From Candidatus Magasanikbacteria bacterium UBA922 (lineage in GTDB: Bacteria > Patescibacteriota > Patescibacteriia > Magasanikbacterales > UBA922), in the NCBI GenBank assembly GCA_002293825.1, contig DBDW01000009.1, forward strand, positions 92,170-152,794: DNA of 60,625 nucleotides, given 5' to 3'. Below, one piece after another: positions 27,602 to 35,617 of the stretch. The translations under genes were made by a program, and so were the position numbers. How positions within the stretch are numbered: the stretch's first letter is position 1; each line of letters opens with the position of its first letter. Below the pieces are notes generated by a model. It saw only the letters and a list, made by a program, of their open reading frames with translations. It was not told the DNA's origin and searched no databases.

Positions 27602-28477
27602 GTGTCGAACAAATCCAAGCGTAAAAATCATCAGAAGAAGCTCAAGGGGAATGGCCGGATATCTTTCGGCATCGTTCTCCTCGGGATGCTCGTGGTGACC
27701 GCGCTACTCCTGCTCATCTCCAAAGGGGGGTCGAACAAGCCGATCAAGACAAGTGCCCCTGTACAGCAGGGGTCGGCGACGCAGGTGTCCAGTCAGGTCA
27801 GGGGCCAGGATCTGGTTCCTCAACCTATGGAGATTCTACACAGCGTCAATAGTGTGGAAAGTCTACCTCAGGTTACTCCTGATCAACTGCGTGCGTCCGC
27901 AGATGTAATCCTGAAGCTCGAGAATAGTCCGGTTCTCTCTACCGCGGACGATCGAGAGATCTTTGATCTGCTGAAGGAATATGTGGCTGGGACGCGTAAA
28001 ATCTACTGGACACTCGACTCAACACCACTCATCGCTAATGGAGCTCGTGCATCGGTAGCGATGGCGTTCAACTGTGTCGATGATAAACCAGGCGATAGCT
28101 TTGGTGTAGGTCCTGTGCAGTGGAATACGGAATTCGTGGCACTTGTGTTCTATCACGAGCTCAAGCATGCGGTCGACTGTCTGAAATACGAGCAGAAGCA
28201 TGGTGTGCGCCGTGACCCAGACGACGTGAGCCATGAGGATGCAGAAAAAGTCGCATATGCGGCCCAAGTACGCTTTTTCGTGGCACTCTACTTACAGGGC
28301 ATGCTGCCAAAGACCGTCAGCGGTTCTCCCTACGGAGATTTCGGGATCTTCGGCAATATGCAGGAAGTGTGGGGAGCGATTCTGAATAATCGGTTCGGGC
28401 AGTGGTACCGTCAAGCGAGTGCGACAACTGGGCATAAGAGTCCTGATCCTGAGGTTTACCTCAAGGTGGGTGACTAA
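27602..28477 (+). CDS. GC-rich orphan membrane-anchored protein with HExxH motif (putative zinc metalloprotease)
   Basis: GTG start after GAGG; basic N-terminus plus TM; FYHELKHAVD...EKVAYAAQ; promoter TTGACA-17-TATTTT 27533-27561. Confidence 0.65.
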   Translation: MSNKSKRKNHQKKLKGNGRISFGIVLLGMLVVTALLLLISKGGSNKPIKTSAPVQQGSATQVSSQVRGQDLVPQPMEILHSVNSVESLPQVTPDQLRASADVILKLENSPVLSTADDREIFDLLKEYVAGTRKIYWTLDSTPLIANGARASVAMAFNCVDDKPGDSFGVGPVQWNTEFVALVFYHELKHAVDCLKYEQKHGVRRDPDDVSHEDAEKVAYAAQVRFFVALYLQGMLPKTVSGSPYGDFGIFGNMQEVWGAILNNRFGQWYRQASATTGHKSPDPEVYLKVGD

Positions 28478-28561
28478 ATAGATCTTTATATATAAGCCTT
28501 CACGCATGTGGTGTGAATGGTTGGACGGAAAAAACTGGGGCGCACCGTCCGCCCCAAAAGA

Positions 28562-28595
28562 CAAAAGCACATCACACCCGTGGTGTTTTTTTGTT
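28562..28595 (+). terminator. Terminator, copy 2 of the 34-bp direct repeat
   Basis: CAAAAGCACATCACACCCGTGGTGTTTTTTTGTT (32/34 identical to copy 1). Confidence 0.7.
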
Positions 28596-28627
28596 CCTCG
28601 ACTCGGGTGCACTCGCTCGGAATGACA
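28595..28627 (-). repeat. REP-like element (TGTCATTCCGAGCGAGTGCACCCGAGTCGAGGA)
   Basis: Shares CTCGGGTGCACTC core with 38420-38457 and the GGAATGACA end with 29966-29990. Confidence 0.55.
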
Positions 28628-28648
28628 AGAGGGAATCATTATGTTATT

Positions 28649-28759
28649 ATGGATAATACTATGGATGGATTTTTATCAATTCTCATATTTATTGTTGGTG
28701 CAGTTGGGGCGGCAGTTGTTTGGTTTTTCTTTGGGAAAATTGGGAATGGGAAGAGGTAG
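28649..28759 (+). CDS. Possible small single-TM protein (36 aa)
   Basis: MDNTMDGFLSILIFIVGAVGAAVVWFFFGKIGNGKR. Confidence 0.35.
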   Translation: MDNTMDGFLSILIFIVGAVGAAVVWFFFGKIGNGKR

Positions 28760-28795
28760 GTGCAAGTTTTTGGTCAAAAATAAAATTATTATATT

Positions 28796-29893
28796 ATGCA
28801 GACTGGATTATTATTGATATTTGGAATAGTACTACTCGTCATGCTCGGTGTAGTGTTATTAATGTACAAAAAAATAAAAGAGGAATTGAAGCCTGATGAG
28901 AATCCTGAGCAGGATAGGGCTATTTTTATGATGTTGCAACAGCAAATGCAAGATTTACAGAAAACCGTAGACACAAAAATTTCTGAAACCTACAAAATTG
29001 TGGGTGATGGCCAGCAACATTTACACCACACACTGCAAACGCAGTTTGCACAGAGTTCAAAAATTATTACGGACATCACTGAAAAACTCACCACATTAGA
29101 TAAGACCAATCAGCAAGTGATCGGATTTTCGGCACAATTGAGTAATCTTGAAAAAGTATTAAAACATCAGAAGCAACGAGGAAATCTGGGTGAAGCAGGC
29201 CTCAATCTCGTGCTCGAGAACATGTTGCCACCAACAGCATTCAAAATGCAATACCAATTCGAAGATGGAGATACGGTGGACGCTGCGATAATTACCAAAG
29301 ATGGATTGATTCCAGTCGATGCAAAATTTTCCCTTGATAATTATGAACGATTAATTCATGAGCCAGAAGGACCCAATCGTGATATGCTTGAAAAAGAGTT
29401 CAAAAATGATCTGAAGAAGCGAATTGATGAGACAAGTAAGTATATCAAGCCAAATGCAGGAACCTTGGAGTTTGCGTTCATGTTTATTCCGTCTGAAGCT
29501 ATTTATTATGATCTCTTGATTAATGAGGTGGGTGCGGTGAAAGTAAATACGCGCAATCTGATAGACTATGCATTCAATGAGCGAAAAGTGATTATCGTGT
29601 CACCAACAACATTTGCTGCATATCTTCAAACAGTTCTCCAAGGACTTCGAGCACTCAAAATTGAGGAAGGGGCAAAAGCTATCAAGAAGAATGTGGAGAT
29701 GCTTGGAAAACATATCAATGCATATGAAGAATATATGAAAAAGCTGGGTGTGAGTATGACCACGACGGTTAATCATTTCAATACCGCGTACAAAGAACTT
29801 GGAAAAATCGATAAAGATGTGGTCAGGATCACAGGCGCTACTGGAAAAGCAGTCACTCCAGAACTTCTTGACAAACCTCAGCTTGACAATTAG
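28796..29893 (+). CDS. rmuC: DNA recombination protein RmuC
   Basis: N-terminal TM, coiled coil, KQRGNLGE, PVDAKFSL, FAFMFIPSEAIY, VSPTT. Confidence 0.93.
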   Translation: MQTGLLLIFGIVLLVMLGVVLLMYKKIKEELKPDENPEQDRAIFMMLQQQMQDLQKTVDTKISETYKIVGDGQQHLHHTLQTQFAQSSKIITDITEKLTTLDKTNQQVIGFSAQLSNLEKVLKHQKQRGNLGEAGLNLVLENMLPPTAFKMQYQFEDGDTVDAAIITKDGLIPVDAKFSLDNYERLIHEPEGPNRDMLEKEFKNDLKKRIDETSKYIKPNAGTLEFAFMFIPSEAIYYDLLINEVGAVKVNTRNLIDYAFNERKVIIVSPTTFAAYLQTVLQGLRALKIEEGAKAIKKNVEMLGKHINAYEEYMKKLGVSMTTTVNHFNTAYKELGKIDKDVVRITGATGKAVTPELLDKPQLDN

Positions 29894-29965
29894 GCTACAT
29901 TAAGCTATACTTTTATCACTCTCACAGTTTATTTAAAAAAATCCGAAGTAATTAAATTCTTTCTA

Positions 29966-29990
29966 GATTTCTGCGTTCGCAGGAATGACA
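29966..29990 (-). repeat. REP-like palindrome (TGTCATTCCTGCGAACGCAGAAATC)
   Basis: Same family as 9204-9227; lies between the rpsT promoter (TTGACA-17-TATACT 29883-29911) and rpsT. Confidence 0.6.
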
Positions 29991-30011
29991 AGAAAATTAT
30001 ATACGTATAGT

Positions 30012-30281
30012 ATGCCAATTTTGAGAAATGCGAAGAAAGCACTTCGCCAATCAAAACGACGCGAAGCTGAAAACCTAGTTTTCAAGAAAGCGTACAAAGA
30101 AGCTTTGAAAAAAGCACGAACTGCAGTAGAAAAGCGCGAAAAAGATGTGATGGAAAAAATCACACTTGCTCAGAAGAAACTTGATAAAGCGGTAAAGAAA
30201 GGTGTGTTGAAGCAGAATACCGCATCACGATACTTGTCACGAATGACTGCAAAAGCACATAAGCTTGTAAAAAAAGCATAA
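30012..30281 (+). CDS. rpsT: 30S ribosomal protein S20
   Basis: MPILRNAKKALRQS...LDKAVKKGVLKQNTASRYLSR. Confidence 0.95.
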   Translation: MPILRNAKKALRQSKRREAENLVFKKAYKEALKKARTAVEKREKDVMEKITLAQKKLDKAVKKGVLKQNTASRYLSRMTAKAHKLVKKA

Positions 30282-30288
30282 AAAAACT

Positions 30289-30324
30289 ATAATCCTCATA
30301 CTAATGCATGAGGATTATTTTTTT
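30289..30324 (+). terminator. rpsT terminator
   Basis: ATAATCCTCAT...ATGAGGATTAT-TTTTTT. Confidence 0.7.
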
Positions 30325-30333
30325 ATTTAGTAT

Positions 30334-31416
30334 ATGGGAGAAAAACCAAAATATCATCCAGAGGAAGCTGCTCAGAAAAAAACACGAAGTGGAAGTAGGG
30401 TAGAAAGTAAGACTAAAATTTTTGTAAGTGAAAAAGGTGATATGGGAGATTTTATCCATTCAGAAAAACTTCGTGAAGTAGTGGATAATATTTTTGCCGA
30501 AGCATCAACGAGACTTGTGCCTGAGGTCGTGGATAATATCAAAACTCAATTTGAGCGATCAGTGGTACGGGGTTTACGAACCATTGCTCAACAAAAAGAA
30601 GAAGATCGTACATACGACGTATCTGTTGCAAAAGGATCGTTCTATTCAGCAAAAATTGAAATGTTAAAACATTTGGTAGAGTCAGCAATTACTAATAGTA
30701 ATAGTGATAAAAAGGAAGAGCGACTTATACCAGAATTGAAAACACGAAATAAGATGGAAGAAGCATTTCAAAGTATGCTTCTCACGTTGGAAGAGGGGGA
30801 AAAGATGGTGCTTGTATCTTTCGATCTTGATGGATTTAAAAAAATAAATGATACGCTGGGACACGAAATGGGAGATCGAGTATTGCGTTCTTTTGGTGTT
30901 TCTCTATTCAAGGCACCTCGTCCTGATGATTCGGTTGCGCATTACAGTGGTGATGAATTTGGTGTATTGCTAAAAATGCCTGTACAAGTCTCTTCTCCGG
31001 GTGAAGTTGTGTCACGAATTGTGAATGCTGCACAAGAAGATCCTGATCGTCCTATTGGTGGAAAACAAGAGGTGAGTACGGGTTTTGTGGAAGTGCAGTA
31101 TCAGGATAAAGAAACGGTTGATTTTATTGCTGCACGAGATCGAGCTGATGAGGCTGCAGAAATTTCAAAATCTCTTGATATTTTATTGCAAATGAGAGGT
31201 GAGGAATCCAGTTCAGTGAGACGAATTGTAGAATATTCAAAAATCGAAGAAGAAAAAAAGCGCTACTCACCAGAAGAATGGTCAGTTGCGCATAAAGTTC
31301 GAGGATTAAAGCGAGAATTTGGTTCGAAATTATCACTTTCGCAAATGGCAGGGTTGGTCCGGATGATAGAAAATGGAGTATTGCAGAAAATGTTGAGTGA
31401 TCAGGGAATTGAGTAA
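30334..31416 (+). CDS. GGDEF-domain protein (SGDEF variant)
   Basis: FDLDGFKKINDTLGHEMGDRVL, RPDD..AHYSGDEF. Confidence 0.88.
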   Translation: MGEKPKYHPEEAAQKKTRSGSRVESKTKIFVSEKGDMGDFIHSEKLREVVDNIFAEASTRLVPEVVDNIKTQFERSVVRGLRTIAQQKEEDRTYDVSVAKGSFYSAKIEMLKHLVESAITNSNSDKKEERLIPELKTRNKMEEAFQSMLLTLEEGEKMVLVSFDLDGFKKINDTLGHEMGDRVLRSFGVSLFKAPRPDDSVAHYSGDEFGVLLKMPVQVSSPGEVVSRIVNAAQEDPDRPIGGKQEVSTGFVEVQYQDKETVDFIAARDRADEAAEISKSLDILLQMRGEESSSVRRIVEYSKIEEEKKRYSPEEWSVAHKVRGLKREFGSKLSLSQMAGLVRMIENGVLQKMLSDQGIE

Positions 31417-31418
31417 TC

Positions 31419-32393
31419 CTAGAGCGTACAAATTTTTCCTACTAAGACATCAATTGAAACCGGCATAGAACCTTTGCCGGTTTTTGTATCGTGATCGAGA
31501 GTAAGTAAATCTGTGTAAAATTTTTTGAGAGTATCAAGGGGATATGAGTGGAGTAGTGGAATTGTTTTTTTGACCACAAATGGGTGTAGTCCGAGGGATG
31601 TGGCGAGGACATCTAGAGGAGTAGCGGGACTTCTCGTGAGTACATCTTTCAATTCAAGCATGATTCGAAATTGTCTGATAAGCATTGCAAAGATATATTG
31701 AGCATCCTCACCTTTTTCATACTGCTCACGAATCATAGAAAATACACGTTCCGGTTTTTTTGTGACAATGGCGTCGATTAAATTAAAAATATTGTCATCC
31801 CCGGTCTCACGAAGAAAAAGTTTTACAATATCGAGTGAACAGGGTGTGTGAGCACAGTACTGGGCGAGTTGTTCGATGAGTGAATGCAGGAACCACGTAT
31901 CCCCTTTGGAATGAGTCGTAATATAGTCGAGACTAATACGATCGAGCTCGAGTCCACGTTCTTTTGCATATGTAATAATCCAGTTTTTGAGTTCAGATCC
32001 GGTTAGAAGGTCAAAACGTTGTGCATATTTTGTTTCACCTAGTTTTTTGAGCAGCTCTTTTTGCAATTTTGCTTTGTGGGTGTCTATTTTTTCATATAAG
32101 ACACAAATTGTTGTTGCGGGAATTTCGTGTTCTTGAGAAAGCATGTGTTGAATTTTTTCATGTAATTCAGCATGTTTTGATTCGAGTGCGTGTTCGATAA
32201 TTACCATGCGTTTTTCTGCTAGAAAAGGAACACCATGAAGTTCGGTCATGATGACACGTGGTTTTTCGGTGAGTGCGTCAAGATGGATAACATTATATCC
32301 TGAAGGATCTCGATCGGTTTTGAATTTAGCAATCATTTTACGGAGTGATTCTTTGCTCCGAAAAGTGTCTTTTCCGTACAGAAAAATAATCAT
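31419..32393 (-). CDS. holA: DNA polymerase III delta subunit
   Basis: MIIFLYGKD, PFLAEKRMVII, NIFNLIDAI, LGLHPFVVKK, DHDTKTG. Confidence 0.92.
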   Translation of the reverse strand: MIIFLYGKDTFRSKESLRKMIAKFKTDRDPSGYNVIHLDALTEKPRVIMTELHGVPFLAEKRMVIIEHALESKHAELHEKIQHMLSQEHEIPATTICVLYEKIDTHKAKLQKELLKKLGETKYAQRFDLLTGSELKNWIITYAKERGLELDRISLDYITTHSKGDTWFLHSLIEQLAQYCAHTPCSLDIVKLFLRETGDDNIFNLIDAIVTKKPERVFSMIREQYEKGEDAQYIFAMLIRQFRIMLELKDVLTRSPATPLDVLATSLGLHPFVVKKTIPLLHSYPLDTLKKFYTDLLTLDHDTKTGKGSMPVSIDVLVGKICTL

Positions 32394-32499
32394 AGTATGA
32401 GCAGAAAATAGGTGCGAGGTGCATTGTACCTCGTTTTTTGGCATTATTCAATTTTTGTGCCAACGTGGTATACTGTATGCATATTTTTATTTTTTGTGT

Positions 32500-32913
32500 A
32501 TGCATACTGTTGATGAGCGATACGATATTGAACGACATTATGAATTACTGAAGACCAAAAAGAGAAGTGTAGGAGAACGTGCTGCAGACAAGATGACTGA
32601 GTTTTTGGGAAGTTGGAAATTTATTATTAGTTTTGGCGTATTTTTAATCGCATGGATTGTATTGAATGTGCTCGTGGTGTGGCTGCGATGGGATGAGTAC
32701 CCCTTTATTTTACTTAATTTGGCATTATCATGTCTTGCTGCAATGCAAGCGCCAATTATTATGATGAGCCAGAATCGTCAGAATAATCGAGATCGTGTGC
32801 AAGCAAAATACGATCTCGCAATCAATCGGAAAGCTGAGCGTGAGATCGAGGAGTTGCAGGCAGAAATTAAAAAAATTCAAAAAAAACTTGATCGACTACT
32901 CGATCGTGCCTGA
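32500..32913 (+). CDS. DUF1003 membrane protein
   Basis: GSWKFII, DEYPFILLNLALSCLAAMQAPIIMMSQNRQ. Confidence 0.9.
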   Translation: MHTVDERYDIERHYELLKTKKRSVGERAADKMTEFLGSWKFIISFGVFLIAWIVLNVLVVWLRWDEYPFILLNLALSCLAAMQAPIIMMSQNRQNNRDRVQAKYDLAINRKAEREIEELQAEIKKIQKKLDRLLDRA

Positions 32914-32998
32914 TGAACGTCATGCGTACTTGAAATACATGAAATAATCGGGTAGACTACTGACTATAATATAGTCTACATAATTAATATACTGATAT

Positions 32999-33469
32999 AT
33001 GAATTGGAATCATCCAAAAAAATGTCTTAACTGGGGACTTCTTGCACTTCGAATTTCGGTCGGTGTGGTTTTTGTGTATCACGGTTGGATGAAGTTGTCT
33101 GGAATGGAAGGAACGATTGGTATGATGCAGGGTATTGGATTACCACTACCAGCTTTTTGGGCATGGTTCGTGGCACTGCTTGAATTTGGTGGAGGTATTG
33201 CGATTATTCTCGGATTATTCAATCGTGTAGTAACAGCACTTTTGGCAATCACGATGGTAGTGGCACTGCTCACCGTCCATACCAAGATGCCATACGGAGG
33301 AGCAACTGAACTCCCGATAGTATTATTGGGCGCACTCCTTGCGCTTCATACCACTGGCGCAGGAAAATTTGCAGTAATGGGGAATGCTGCTCAGTGTGAG
33401 TGTGGAAAGTCTGATGATGAATGCTGTGGTGGTGGATGTGCGCATGAGCACGAAGACGAAAAAAAGTAA
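32999..33469 (+). CDS. DoxX family membrane protein
   Basis: LLALRISVGVVFVYHGWMKL, EFGGG, GAGKFA; Cys/His-rich tail. Confidence 0.9.
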   Translation: MNWNHPKKCLNWGLLALRISVGVVFVYHGWMKLSGMEGTIGMMQGIGLPLPAFWAWFVALLEFGGGIAIILGLFNRVVTALLAITMVVALLTVHTKMPYGGATELPIVLLGALLALHTTGAGKFAVMGNAAQCECGKSDDECCGGGCAHEHEDEKK

Positions 33470-33484
33470 GTGATAACAAACAAA

Positions 33485-33511
33485 AAAACCACTCGCATCC
33501 GGGTGGTTTTC
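33485..33511 (+). terminator. DoxX terminator
   Basis: AAAACCACTCG...CGGGTGGTTTT. Confidence 0.7.
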
Positions 33512-33620
33512 TAATACAAGCTATGTTATTGTAGTGTGTGCACACTGCGTCGAAAGAACATATGCCTCTGGTCAATAAGGTGGACTGCCTGCTATACTAC
33601 GCACACGATAAATAACATAT

Positions 33621-34850
33621 ATGTCACAAAACACACACACAAAAATCGTTATATTGGGAACAGGAATTGGAGGGTATGAAGCATTTAGAACCGTACGTCG
33701 AGAAATCAAAAAAGCAAATATTAATGCTGAGATTACTATTGTAGATAAAAATAATTATTTTACGTTTGTACCACTTTTGCATGAAGTAGCTACAGGATCG
33801 GTAGAATCTACTCACGCATCTATTCCCTTGAGAGAGTTGGTATATAATACAAACCACCGATTTATACAAGCACGAGTGGAGAGTGTTGATCGAGTAAAAA
33901 AAGAAATTCATACCTCAGGAGGTGTTATCGCGTACGATTATTGTGTGCTGGCACTCGGTAGCACGATTAATTATTTTGGTACACCTGGTGCTGATACGTA
34001 TGCACACCATGTCCGTACCTTAGAAGATGCGCTACATCTGAAATATGCGCTGGTTCAAAAATTGGAAACGTGTGTACGTGATGAAATAGTCGTGACTATT
34101 GTGGGAGGCGGCTACACAGGAATCGAAATTGCAGGACAATATGCAACATTGCGTAATGGGGATATAGAAAAATTGTACCCACATAAAAAATTGCACGTGC
34201 GAATCATTGATCCAGGTACAAGCATTTTGTCACACATGAAAAAAGAAGTGCAAATACGAGTACGTCAACGACTTGAACAAATGGGTGTGGAATTTGTGTT
34301 TGGTTCCCCTGTTATTGAGGTCAAGCAAGATGGAGTAGTACTTGGTACAGGGGAAAAATTGGTAAGCGATATTGTGGTGTGGGCAGCTGGGTTTGGAAAT
34401 ATTGGACATCAATTTGTAGAAGAGGTAGCTTGTGAGAAGGGGCGGGTGCGAGTAGATGAACATCTTCGAATAATAGGGGATGAATATTGTTATGCAATCG
34501 GAGACATTGCATGTGCACGTACACAAGAAGGCGGTGTGCCGTATCCGCAGCTAGCAGAGGTGGCACACAAGCAGGGTAGATATGTAGGAAGACATATTGT
34601 ATCTGCTATACACGAAAAGCCCATGAAACCATTCATATTTATCTCACGTGGACAATTGATGCCAGTGGGAGATTGGTATGGTGTTGCGGTGATAGGAAAC
34701 CGCGCGATCTATGGATGGTTGGCGTGGTGGCTACGACGAACGGTGTATGTTATGTACATGCCAGGATTGTTACGAAAATTGAGAATCATATTCGATTGGA
34801 CTATACATAGTTTTGGGTTTGGACATTTTATACATATTGAGAAAAAGTAA
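33621..34850 (+). CDS. ndh: Type II NADH dehydrogenase-like FAD oxidoreductase
   Basis: IVILGTGIGG, FVPLLHEVATG, IVGGGYTGIE, YAIGD, PQLAEVA..QG. Confidence 0.85.
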   Translation: MSQNTHTKIVILGTGIGGYEAFRTVRREIKKANINAEITIVDKNNYFTFVPLLHEVATGSVESTHASIPLRELVYNTNHRFIQARVESVDRVKKEIHTSGGVIAYDYCVLALGSTINYFGTPGADTYAHHVRTLEDALHLKYALVQKLETCVRDEIVVTIVGGGYTGIEIAGQYATLRNGDIEKLYPHKKLHVRIIDPGTSILSHMKKEVQIRVRQRLEQMGVEFVFGSPVIEVKQDGVVLGTGEKLVSDIVVWAAGFGNIGHQFVEEVACEKGRVRVDEHLRIIGDEYCYAIGDIACARTQEGGVPYPQLAEVAHKQGRYVGRHIVSAIHEKPMKPFIFISRGQLMPVGDWYGVAVIGNRAIYGWLAWWLRRTVYVMYMPGLLRKLRIIFDWTIHSFGFGHFIHIEKK

Positions 34851-34869
34851 AAGCGCAAAACGCAAAAGA

Positions 34870-34899
34870 AAATACACGAGAAAATTTCGTGTATTTTTT
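34870..34899 (+). terminator. Terminator after ndh
   Basis: AAAATACACGA...TCGTGTATTTTTT. Confidence 0.65.
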
Positions 34900-35101
34900 G
34901 TATGTGTAGCATGTGGTTACTTTTTTGTTTTTTATTTTTAACTTTTTACGTGGTATGTGTTATAGTCAAAATACAGTCCGCTGGTAAAAGGAGGGGCGGA
35001 TGTAGACTCGTGTTCCGTAGGATAAGGAACAATGGTTCGGTGGGCTGTTGTTCCAACGAGCATGTGCTTTCCTGCTGGAGACATGAGAAACGAGGGTCAC
35101 C

Positions 35102-35545
35102 GTGTTCGAGATAATAGTGACATTCGGGACTGTGCCGGAAGTGCCGGCAGGTCATAAAAAGTACAAACGGCACAACGACACGCTCGTGGTGTATTCGTAC
35201 AACAGAAAACCTGATGAATGGGATGCCCCTGAGCTCATCTACAGGAATTTCTGTCTTCACGAACTCATCCGAGCTGATACGCTGTACGTCTACGTCGGAG
35301 ACGTCGAGCAGGCATGTATAACTCGAGAGCAATCATGGCTTCTGGTTCGTCGCATCCTCAAAGATCTCAATGGTCACAAAAAAGAGGTTGTGGTCGTGAC
35401 CAGTTTCGAAGAACTCGATCCCGAAAGTCGGGAAAAGGAGTGTCACGAAGCCCAGGTGCTCGGGGTTCGGGTGGTCGAACTGAAAGGAGTGTCGGCGGAG
35501 AAGTTCTTTGTCGATATTTTCCGGAAGTATCGTCCGGGAGTCTGA
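35102..35545 (+). CDS. GC-rich orphan protein (147 aa)
   Basis: GAGG + GTG start; G/C-ending codon bias; 3' hairpin GCCAGGG-ACAAG/CTTGTACCCTGGC. Confidence 0.6.
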   Translation: MFEIIVTFGTVPEVPAGHKKYKRHNDTLVVYSYNRKPDEWDAPELIYRNFCLHELIRADTLYVYVGDVEQACITREQSWLLVRRILKDLNGHKKEVVVVTSFEELDPESREKECHEAQVLGVRVVELKGVSAEKFFVDIFRKYRPGV

Positions 35546-35617
35546 CGCTGCTATAGCCAGGGACAAGAGACGGCGCAATCGCGCTTTCCTTGTACCCTGG
35601 CAGTTTCATTTTTATAG

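Noticed and set aside
27482-28595. CRISPR array suggested by a 34-bp palindromic direct repeat
   Set aside because: Only two copies ~1.1 kb apart, each shaped as a terminator after a gene; no cas genes.
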